Positions 49,053 through 57,275 of a stretch of DNA of 64,000 nt are shown piece by piece. The stretch comes from an uncultured Bacilli bacterium (lineage in GTDB: Bacteria; Bacillota_I; Bacilli_A; RF39; UBA660), in contig OZ006970.1 in the NCBI GenBank assembly GCA_963931065.1, positions 139,458 through 203,457 on the forward strand, in the 5' to 3' direction. The position numbers and the translations under genes are program-made. The notes beneath the pieces were generated by a model. That model made no database searches, was not told the DNA's origin, and saw only the letters and a list, made by a program, of their open reading frames with translations. Each line of letters begins with the position of its first letter. The stretch's first letter is position 1.

Positions 49053-49112
49053 AGTTTCAACTCCTTTTATCTTATATAAATATATTAACATAAAGATAGA
49101 AAAAAAGAAATA

Positions 49113-50672
49113 TTATCTTTTCTTTAAAGTATAAACTTTATTATTAGATAATATTTCTTTATCAACTATAACTTCACTATATTTACCTCTATTACTTTTA
49201 GATTGCAAAGCATGACTAACATCAAGTAATGATGTATAAACTAATTGTTTTAACTCTCTAGCACCTGTATCATTTGAAGTAGCAATTTCTAAGATGCCAT
49301 CAATATAATCATCTGTACACTTTAAATCAATATTATAAACATCTTTATAAAACTGTTGTTTTAAAAGTATTGGACTTAACTTACCTTTTTTCAAAATATT
49401 TTTTAAGTCTTCTTTAGTAAGATTATTATACATAATCTTAGGACTAATTCTTCCCACAATCTCTGGAATAAATCCAAAGTCTATTATATCTTTATCAGTA
49501 ACAGTTAAATCTTCTTCACTACTATTATTGAAACCTAATTTTTTATTTTTATCTTTTAATATATCAACAAAGGCCCCACCTAAAACTATATTCATAAATG
49601 TTGTATCTATTTTAATTTTATCATAACTAGTTAAACTAACATCATAAACTGTTCCATCAAGGAAATTAAGTAATAAATTTTGAACTGCTACATCAGAAAC
49701 TTCTAAACCTCGATTAGCAATCTTATCAAACTCATCTAAAAATATTAAAGACTCTTCACATTTTTTAATATTTCTACTAGCATTTTGATAAGCCATTTTT
49801 AAAATATCATCTATATCTTTACCGACATAACCAGAACCTGATAAAGTTGGTGTAGAATATTTTGTGAATGGTATTTCCAAATATTCTGCTAAAAGCTTTA
49901 ATGTTTCTGTTTTTCCAACCCCACTAGGTCCCATAATCAAAGGTCTCACAATCAAATGTGGATCATTAGTCTTATAATTATCACTAATAACAGTAACAAG
50001 GCTTTCTATCGCTTCATCTTGACCAATAATTCTATCTTTTAAATAAGCCTCTAATTCATCTGTATCTATATCTCTTCTAATATTTTTACTTTTTAAAGTA
50101 CTAGTATCTTTAGATTTCATCGCTAAAGAAACTTTTTTAATTTCTTCTTTCGCTTTTTGTTCTGCTTCAAGTTTTTCTATTTCTTTCATATCTTTTATAG
50201 TTTGATCTATAAAATCCCTTAATTTTTTCTCGTCTTTACATTGTGTTAACATATATAATCTTCTCTTAGGAATACTAATACTACCATTATAATAACTAGA
50301 AGATAAATTAATATTACTAACTAATTCTTTTAAATCAGTTAAAGATAGTTGATAAACATCCATTTTTACTTTACCAGTATTAACTGCAAAAGTAAAACTA
50401 GAAAACATATCATCTTGATAAAAATTTAAAGCTTCTCCTAAATCATTAGTACCATATTTATAAAGTAATTCTTTATCCGTAATAGTAAAATAAACTCCTT
50501 CAGTCAACTCACTAATAGCAAAATCAAGATCATCAACACTACAAAACTCATTATTAAATTTATCCATAAAATAACCATTTTTTTCATCAAAACTGCCTTC
50601 TATAACTGTTACAGGATTAAATAAAAATACTTCATTAGATAATACTTCTTTTTTCATTAACATTGCATACAT
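49113..50672 (-). CDS. AAA+ ATPase with ClpX/HslU-like ATPase domain and a novel 230-aa N-terminal region
   Basis: LIMGPSGVGKTETLKLLAEYLEIPF (Walker A), SGYVGKDIDDILK, LIFLDEFDKI (Walker B), and C-terminal sensor-2 region. No ClpX zinc-binding N-domain. Confidence 0.5.
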   Translation of the reverse strand: MYAMLMKKEVLSNEVFLFNPVTVIEGSFDEKNGYFMDKFNNEFCSVDDLDFAISELTEGVYFTITDKELLYKYGTNDLGEALNFYQDDMFSSFTFAVNTGKVKMDVYQLSLTDLKELVSNINLSSSYYNGSISIPKRRLYMLTQCKDEKKLRDFIDQTIKDMKEIEKLEAEQKAKEEIKKVSLAMKSKDTSTLKSKNIRRDIDTDELEAYLKDRIIGQDEAIESLVTVISDNYKTNDPHLIVRPLIMGPSGVGKTETLKLLAEYLEIPFTKYSTPTLSGSGYVGKDIDDILKMAYQNASRNIKKCEESLIFLDEFDKIANRGLEVSDVAVQNLLLNFLDGTVYDVSLTSYDKIKIDTTFMNIVLGGAFVDILKDKNKKLGFNNSSEEDLTVTDKDIIDFGFIPEIVGRISPKIMYNNLTKEDLKNILKKGKLSPILLKQQFYKDVYNIDLKCTDDYIDGILEIATSNDTGARELKQLVYTSLLDVSHALQSKSNRGKYSEVIVDKEILSNNKVYTLKKR

Positions 50673-50732
50673 AATAACTCCCCCTAATACTAGTATAGAA
50701 GAAAATTAAAAATATGCAAGAAAAAAGCTAGA

Positions 50733-51284
50733 TTATATAAATAAATAATCTGGCTTTTTATAAGGCTCATCATAACTTTTATCTTTCATATATTTATCTA
50801 TTAATACTATCTCATCTTGTTCTAAACTCTTAGGAACATCTATAACTCTTTGATTTCTAGAACCTCTATAATAAATATTTAAACTTTTCTCTTCTAAGAT
50901 AAATTTACCATCTACTAAGACATCTACTTCACTAAGTAATTTCTTCATCTTAGGATTTTTAAGCATTGCTTCATAAGTATACCCTGTATAACACCATACA
51001 TTAAGTCCCATAGAATGAGCTGCTTTGCTAATTTCATAACATGCTTCACTCTGGCATACTGGATCTCCTCCAGATAAGGTAATACCATCTTGATTTTTAA
51101 TAGTCTTTAACTCATCTATTACTTCACTAACATCAAACAAAGCACCACCATCAAAGTCATGAGTACCAGGATTTTGACACCCTGGACATGCATGAGGACA
51201 CCCTTGTGTCCAAATAACAGTTCTTACCCCTTCTCCATCTACAATAGAATCAGGTTGTAATGATGCCGCTAGTCTTATTTTCAT
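50733..51284 (-). CDS. nrdG: anaerobic ribonucleoside-triphosphate reductase activating protein (copy 1)
   Basis: Radical-SAM CPHACPGC cluster motif; 183 aa. Confidence 0.85.
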   Translation of the reverse strand: MKIRLAASLQPDSIVDGEGVRTVIWTQGCPHACPGCQNPGTHDFDGGALFDVSEVIDELKTIKNQDGITLSGGDPVCQSEACYEISKAAHSMGLNVWCYTGYTYEAMLKNPKMKKLLSEVDVLVDGKFILEEKSLNIYYRGSRNQRVIDVPKSLEQDEIVLIDKYMKDKSYDEPYKKPDYLFI

Positions 51285-51285
51285 C

Positions 51286-51456
51286 CTACTTACCTTCTTT
51301 TTTATTTTTTACAACATCATTTAAACCACTATGTTTAACACGGTCAGCTTCTTCAGCACGTTTACCATTATTAAATCTATCAACATCACCTACTAAATAA
51401 CCTGTAATACGTCTAATCCTTTCAAATTTTTGTCCTTCTCCAACTATTTTTTTCAT
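51286..51456 (-). CDS. stand-alone NrdD C-terminal glycyl-radical domain peptide (56 aa)
   Basis: Not in the ORF track; found by manual translation. MKKIVGEGQKFERIRRITGYLVGDVDRFNNGKRAEEADRVKHSGLNDVVKNKKEGK. RxxGY...FNxGKxxExxxRxxH is the canonical NrdD glycyl-radical C-terminus. Own strong RBS (gaaggagga). Different frame from nrdD; its stop lies 1 nt before the nrdG start. Confidence 0.6.
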   Translation of the reverse strand: MKKIVGEGQKFERIRRITGYLVGDVDRFNNGKRAEEADRVKHSGLNDVVKNKKEGK

Positions 51457-51482
51457 ATATAATTCCTCCTTCTTATTTTTTA

Positions 51483-53813
51483 TTATTCACAACAATTATT
51501 ATCTAATGAAGTTATTACTTCCATTGGAACCCCTTCAAATTCATGACGTCCACATTTAGGACAAACATCATTAATCACTCCAACATAACCACAAACAGGA
51601 TCTCTATCAACTGGATGGTTAATCGCACCATAACCAATACCTGCTTCTTTCATAACGCGAATTACTTTCTCAAATGCCTCAACATTAGAAGCAGCATCAC
51701 CATCTAACTCAATATAAGAAATATGTCCTCCATTAGTAAGTTCATGGAAAGGTGCCTCTTTTTCAATTTTATTAGTAATGCTTATATTATAATAAACTGG
51801 TACATGGAATGAATTTGTATAATACTCTCTATCAGTAACACCTTTAATCTTTCCATATATCGCTCTATCAATACCAGTAAATCTACCACTTAACCCTTCT
51901 GCAGGTGTAGCAAGACAAGTAAAGTTTAAGTTATATTTACGAGAATACTCATCACAACGTTTTCTCATAAATTTAATAATTTCTAAACCTAACTTTTCAC
52001 TCTCTTCACTTTCACCATGATGTTTACCAGTTAAAGCTTTTAAACATTCTGCAAGTCCAATAAATCCTGTAGATAAAGTACCATGTTTCCATACTTTTCT
52101 AAGTCTATCAGTTGGTTTTAACTTCTCACCATTAGTCCAAATACCTTGTCCAAGTAAGAATGGAAAGTTATAACTATGTTTACTGCATTGTACTTCAAAT
52201 CTTTCAAGTAATTGATCTTTAACCATATCCATAATATCGCTAAGTTCTTTATAGAACCCATCCATATCTGCCTTATCTCTTTCTTTTAAAGCGATACCAT
52301 ATTTAATGCCCAATCTTGGTAAGTTAATAGTAGTAAAAGATAAATTACCACGACCAGTTACTATCTCATTATCTGGACTAGTAACATCTCCTATTACTCT
52401 TGTTCTACATCCCATATAAGCAATTTCTGTATTGAAATCTCCCTCTTTATAATATTTCTTATTGAATGGAGCATCTATAAATGCAAAGTTAGGGAAAAGT
52501 CTTTTAGCAGATACTTTACAAGCAAGTTTAAATAAATCATAGTTAGGCTCTCCTGGATTATAATTAACTCCTTCTTTTACTTTAAATATTGATACTGGAA
52601 ATATCGGAGTTTCTCCTTTTCCAAGACCTCTATCTAAAGAAAGTAAGAAATTTTTAATAACCATTCTACCTTCTGGAGTTATATCTGTTCCAAAGTTAAC
52701 TGATGAAAATGGAACTTGTGCTCCTGCTCTAGAATGCATTGTATTTAAATTATGAATAAATGCTTCCATCGCTTGCCCAGTCGCTCTATCAGTTTTTTGC
52801 ATGGCCTTAAGATAACTCTTCTCAAATATTTCATGAACTCTACTAGAGCCTTTCTTATAATCACTAAATTCTTTAATATCGAATTCAATTGATTCTTGTT
52901 TATCTATTTCTCTAACAATTCTATCTATATTAATACCTGGAATAAATCCCTCTAAATCAAGAAAATCATAGATTGTTTGTTTAAATTGTTTTTTAAATGT
53001 TTTAAGTACACCTGGTGCAAGATAATAGTCTAAAGCAGGTATTGCTTGTCCACCATGTTGATCATTTTGATTAGCTTGAATAACGATACAAGCAAGTGAT
53101 GCATAAGTTGAAATATCTTGAGGTGGTCTAACATATCCATGTCCTGTATCAAAACCATTTTTAAATAGTCTTGCTAAATCTATCTGACAACAAGTAGTAG
53201 TACCCATCGCTAAGAAGTCCATATCATGAATATGTATAGTACCATTATCATGAGCTTCAGCATATTCTTTTCTCATTAAGTATGCTTTTGCAAACTCTTT
53301 AGATACTGTCGCTCCATATTGTAACATCGTACCCATTGGACTATTTCCATCAATATTAGCATTCTCTCTTTTAGCATCTTCTTCATTAGCAGACTTAAGC
53401 CCAAGGTTTTCTAATGATTTTAAGAACTTATGAGTTTTATTATCTCCGAAGAAAGATTCTCTAGATTGATTTCTTCTTTCTCTATATTCAGAAAATGATT
53501 TATAAACATCATCATAACCCTTACTAGACAATTCACTTTCTATATAATCTTGAATTTCCTCTATTTTAAAGCGATTATTTTTCTCTTCTGCATCTTTCTT
53601 TATTTTCTTTAAAACTGCACTATATACTTTTTGAATATCAGAAGAGTTATATTTCTTTTCTTTTTCACTCTCATCATCATCTACTTCAACACTATCAAAA
53701 CCTTTTTTTATGGCTAAAGCTATTTTCGCTCCATCAAAGTCTACTTTTTTACCATTTCTTTTAATTACTGTAACCCCTTCTAATTGGTCATTTAATTCAT
53801 TTACTCCTGTCAT
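51483..53813 (-). CDS. nrdD: anaerobic ribonucleoside-triphosphate reductase catalytic subunit (copy 1), ending after the zinc ribbon without the glycyl-radical segment
   Basis: 776 aa with N-terminal ATP-cone and class III RNR core. Ends ...CGYVGVINDVCPKCGRHEFEGVPMEVITSLDNNCCE (zinc-ribbon cysteines) with no RxxGY...GK...R segment. Confidence 0.85.
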   Translation of the reverse strand: MTGVNELNDQLEGVTVIKRNGKKVDFDGAKIALAIKKGFDSVEVDDDESEKEKKYNSSDIQKVYSAVLKKIKKDAEEKNNRFKIEEIQDYIESELSSKGYDDVYKSFSEYRERRNQSRESFFGDNKTHKFLKSLENLGLKSANEEDAKRENANIDGNSPMGTMLQYGATVSKEFAKAYLMRKEYAEAHDNGTIHIHDMDFLAMGTTTCCQIDLARLFKNGFDTGHGYVRPPQDISTYASLACIVIQANQNDQHGGQAIPALDYYLAPGVLKTFKKQFKQTIYDFLDLEGFIPGINIDRIVREIDKQESIEFDIKEFSDYKKGSSRVHEIFEKSYLKAMQKTDRATGQAMEAFIHNLNTMHSRAGAQVPFSSVNFGTDITPEGRMVIKNFLLSLDRGLGKGETPIFPVSIFKVKEGVNYNPGEPNYDLFKLACKVSAKRLFPNFAFIDAPFNKKYYKEGDFNTEIAYMGCRTRVIGDVTSPDNEIVTGRGNLSFTTINLPRLGIKYGIALKERDKADMDGFYKELSDIMDMVKDQLLERFEVQCSKHSYNFPFLLGQGIWTNGEKLKPTDRLRKVWKHGTLSTGFIGLAECLKALTGKHHGESEESEKLGLEIIKFMRKRCDEYSRKYNLNFTCLATPAEGLSGRFTGIDRAIYGKIKGVTDREYYTNSFHVPVYYNISITNKIEKEAPFHELTNGGHISYIELDGDAASNVEAFEKVIRVMKEAGIGYGAINHPVDRDPVCGYVGVINDVCPKCGRHEFEGVPMEVITSLDNNCCE

Positions 53814-54241
53814 ATTTTACCTCCTATTTAAGTCAATTGTAAGAGCTGTGTTTTCAAAAATCAATAGGTAATTTTAAGAAAAAAATCAGTATTTTTATAA
53901 AAGCATTGATATATATAGATTTCCTAAAAAAATTTAATTTGTTCGATTTACGACAATTTACATTTATATACATTTTTTGTATTTTCCAAAAAGCCGTTTT
54001 TCATTTTTTTAAAAAATATCAAATTAAAACAATGTCGTTTCCTTTGTTTTTCAACGAATTGATTAAAAAAATATATTATTTTTTGTTTTTTTGAAAAAAA
54101 TCATTTTTTAGTTTTTTATAAAAATCAAGCAAAACACAAGCATATAATTTATCAGAATATTTTTTATATTTTACAAAAAAAGCAAATTTTATTTTACATT
54201 TTGAGAAAATATTTGTTCTAGTTGATTTTACTTCTTACCAA

Positions 54242-54835
54242 TTATTTTTTTCTTTTTAAAATTTTTTCTTGTTCTTCTATATAACAAATGCCACATAAAG
54301 ATTCATATATAACCTCACTATTATCATCAATAACAATACTATCTCCATCAAAAGTAAATTTACCATCAACTTTCCTAGCATTAAAGCGTGCTTTCTTTCC
54401 ACACCGACAAATTGTTGGCATTTCTTCTAAAGCATCAGCAAGTTCTAACAAACGTATTGAACCCTCAAATCCATTAGATTTAAAATCAGTTCTAAGTCCA
54501 AAAGCAATAACAGGAATATCCATTATTTTAGAGATATAAAATAGCTCATCTACTTGGTTACTTTTTAAAAATTGTGCTTCATCAACTAAAATACAATCAA
54601 TAGATATAATATTATCCCCTAATATTGAAATAATACTATCATTATCACCAATTAAATAATCAACTTTTCTTTCAAGACCAATACGAGAAACTATTTTTTC
54701 ATCACCTTTAGTATCAACACTAGGCTTTAAGAGTATCACTTTCTTACCTTTTTCTTCATAATTATAAGCAGTCTGTAAAAGAATAGTAGACTTTCCTGCA
54801 TTCATCGCTCCATATCTAAAATGAAATTTAGCCAT
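54242..54835 (-). CDS. tdk: thymidine kinase
   Basis: GAMNAGKST P-loop and C-terminal zinc ribbon (CRCGKKA...CGICY); 197 aa. Confidence 0.85.
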   Translation of the reverse strand: MAKFHFRYGAMNAGKSTILLQTAYNYEEKGKKVILLKPSVDTKGDEKIVSRIGLERKVDYLIGDNDSIISILGDNIISIDCILVDEAQFLKSNQVDELFYISKIMDIPVIAFGLRTDFKSNGFEGSIRLLELADALEEMPTICRCGKKARFNARKVDGKFTFDGDSIVIDDNSEVIYESLCGICYIEEQEKILKRKK

Positions 54836-54837
54836 TA

Positions 54838-55305
54838 TTATTTATCCTTCTTATCAGTAGAACCAAATCCTCCGGTTCTTATTCCCTCTGCATTATCATT
54901 ATCAACAATTAAATATTTTTGAAACATTACTTGACCAATAACATCACCCTTTTTAACTTCAATATCATGATCACTACAATTAAAATATGCAAAGTAAAAA
55001 TGTCCATCATTAGATTCATTTCCATAATAATCATGATCAATCAATCCCACACTATTAGCAAGTATAAAACCTTTCTTAGGACCACTACTTCTATTAAGCA
55101 AAAGATAACATTCATCTTCCATACAATATGCTTTTAATCCTGTAGGAATTAATGTTGGTTTAATCCCTGGATAATATTTAGGAATAACTATATCCTCTGC
55201 TGCTGCCACATCATATGCCGCTGCATATTTTGTCTTTCTAACTGGTAAATTAATCCCTTTATCTTCATATCCTTTTACTACTTCAAATCCTCTTTTTCTA
55301 ATCAT
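54838..55305 (-). CDS. dut: dUTP diphosphatase (trimeric dUTPase)
   Basis: Motifs RSSGPKKG, GLIDHDY, GGFGSTD; 155 aa. Confidence 0.75.
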   Translation of the reverse strand: MIRKRGFEVVKGYEDKGINLPVRKTKYAAAYDVAAAEDIVIPKYYPGIKPTLIPTGLKAYCMEDECYLLLNRSSGPKKGFILANSVGLIDHDYYGNESNDGHFYFAYFNCSDHDIEVKKGDVIGQVMFQKYLIVDNDNAEGIRTGGFGSTDKKDK

Positions 55306-55321
55306 CTTAAACTCCTTCTTT

Positions 55322-56293
55322 CTATCTTAATTTAATCACTTTTCTAAACACTTTTTCTGTATCTTCATTTTTAGGCATATCTTCGTTTATAACAGCATCA
55401 GTTATATAAGAATTAATCACATCATCATAAGTTTCTATTGTATAAATAACAAGTGAATCTCTACTAATAGCATTTAAAAAATAATTGATTCTATCATAAT
55501 AATACAATGAACCATTCTCTATATAAAAACAACTTTTTTCTATTGAATTATTGCTAATAACAAAAACTTTCTTATCATCACTATAACTTGTTAACAAGCG
55601 ATTTCTCTTAATACCTTCTATATCTACCTCTTGACCATTTTTTAGTTGTTCTTCTATTTTTTTAAAATCATCTAAAGACACATTATAAGCGATAAAATCT
55701 TCATCAGAATATAGTCTTATCATATCGTATAACGAATACTCTTTTTCCTTCCAACTATTATTACGTTCAAAAATAACAGATTGTTCTTTTACTTTATCAT
55801 TAACTACTAAATCAGTAGAATTTTCTTCTATCATATTTTCTATTTCTTGATAATAACTAACTACTTCTTCATGTTTTTCTCTAACTAAAGAAACATTTTG
55901 GTGAAAATTATCATCTACTCTTATATAAGAGAGTTCCTTAAATAATATTTCTTTATTTTTCTTTTCAGTTTCCTCTTTCGCTTCCTCGAAACTATCAAAG
56001 ACTTTATCTACATCAATAGAATTATTGCATCTCCCATTCATTAAACAAAACTCTGGTTCTACTCTAGATAAGTCTACATATTGATTATCTTTTCCATAAG
56101 AAAAAACAACTTTATATTCACAAATAGTATTACCATATCTATTATATTTTTCTTCCCTACCTACTACATAACATTTAGATACTATATAACAAACTATCCC
56201 ATATTCTCTTTCTAACTCATGAAGACCAGGGTACCATCCAGTTTGTTCTATAATAGGCATAACTGCATACTTTATTGGATAATTATTTTTCAT
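55322..56293 (-). CDS. hypothetical protein
   Basis: 323 aa with no recognisable motifs. Lies in the apparent nrdD2-nrdG2-...-dut-tdk operon. Confidence 0.3.
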   Translation of the reverse strand: MKNNYPIKYAVMPIIEQTGWYPGLHELEREYGIVCYIVSKCYVVGREEKYNRYGNTICEYKVVFSYGKDNQYVDLSRVEPEFCLMNGRCNNSIDVDKVFDSFEEAKEETEKKNKEILFKELSYIRVDDNFHQNVSLVREKHEEVVSYYQEIENMIEENSTDLVVNDKVKEQSVIFERNNSWKEKEYSLYDMIRLYSDEDFIAYNVSLDDFKKIEEQLKNGQEVDIEGIKRNRLLTSYSDDKKVFVISNNSIEKSCFYIENGSLYYYDRINYFLNAISRDSLVIYTIETYDDVINSYITDAVINEDMPKNEDTEKVFRKVIKLR

Positions 56294-56730
56294 TGCGAAC
56301 CTCCCATATTTTTCTTTATAAACTCTCTTGTATAAAACTGATATTTATCACTATGAGAAAGTTTATAAGCTTTTCTATAACCTTTATCTTTTTTATTTTC
56401 TAACTTTTTATTAAGTTCATCTAAACTAAGAAAAACACTTGTTCCAAAAGATGTCTCTAAAACATTTAAGTATTCCATATCTACATCTTTATCATAGCAT
56501 CTTTCTCCTAACATTCCTACAATACCATTATTAACAGAATATAATTGTAATATTTTCTGTTCTTCTAAATTACTAAAAACTTCAGAATAAGACTTCAACA
56601 ATTCTATCTCATCACCATCTAAACAAATAGGATAAACTCCATCTTCTGTAGTCTTTAAATACCCTCCAGAAATATTTCCATACTCACCACTAATTCCTAA
56701 GGTATAACCCTGTTCTAATTTCTTAATCAT
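56290..56730 (-). CDS. hypothetical protein
   Basis: 146 aa. Overlapping start/stop with flanking genes (ATGA couplings) implies co-translation with nrdG2. Confidence 0.3.
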   Translation of the reverse strand: MIKKLEQGYTLGISGEYGNISGGYLKTTEDGVYPICLDGDEIELLKSYSEVFSNLEEQKILQLYSVNNGIVGMLGERCYDKDVDMEYLNVLETSFGTSVFLSLDELNKKLENKKDKGYRKAYKLSHSDKYQFYTREFIKKNMGGSQ

Positions 56731-57275
56731 ACTAGTTCCTCCTCTAATATTTTACTATTATCTATATATAATACCTTCTTATTCTTTTTTAAACTATTAG
56801 GAACATCAATAATACACTGATTACTACTACCTACATAATGTATTTTCTCTGAAGCTAGTTTCAAAACAAATCTCCCATCAAGTAATACATCTATATTATT
56901 TAAAATAGTATCTAAATCTTTATCAGTCTTCATCTGTTCTAACAACTCTTCCCATGTATAACCTGTATAAAGCCAAATAGTTTTATCTCTAAACTTCTCT
57001 CTAATCTCTTTAACTAATTTAGATATTTCTTCTCTATTTCCAAAAAACAAAGGATCCCCCCCTGATAAAGTTATACCACTACACCATTCTTTCTCTAATT
57101 CATCGAAAATTTCTTTTTTAGCATCTTCATCAAAGACTAAACCATCATTAGGATCCCAAGTCATAGCATTTTGACAAGCATGGCAATGATGAGAACAGCC
57201 TGATACCCACAAAACAACTCTAAGTCCTTCACCATTAAGCATATCTGCCTTTGTTATATTATGATATCTCATCAC
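56727..57275 (-). CDS. nrdG: anaerobic ribonucleoside-triphosphate reductase activating protein (copy 2)
   Basis: CSHHCHAC radical-SAM motif; 182 aa; overlaps the nrdD2 stop. Confidence 0.8.
   Translation of the reverse strand: MMRYHNITKADMLNGEGLRVVLWVSGCSHHCHACQNAMTWDPNDGLVFDEDAKKEIFDELEKEWCSGITLSGGDPLFFGNREEISKLVKEIREKFRDKTIWLYTGYTWEELLEQMKTDKDLDTILNNIDVLLDGRFVLKLASEKIHYVGSSNQCIIDVPNSLKKNKKVLYIDNSKILEEELV

Noticed and set aside
51540-51570. PVCGYVG near the C-terminus of NrdD1 as the glycyl-radical motif
   Set aside because: It is part of the CxY...CPKCG zinc ribbon. The genuine RxxGY...FNxGK...R...H motif is in the separate downstream 56-aa ORF.
53906-54094. 62-aa plus-strand ORF in the nrdD1 upstream region
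   Set aside because: Lies in a 430-bp AT-rich intergenic region, has an Phe/Lys/Leu-rich low-complexity product and no RBS; more likely noncoding leader or promoter DNA.
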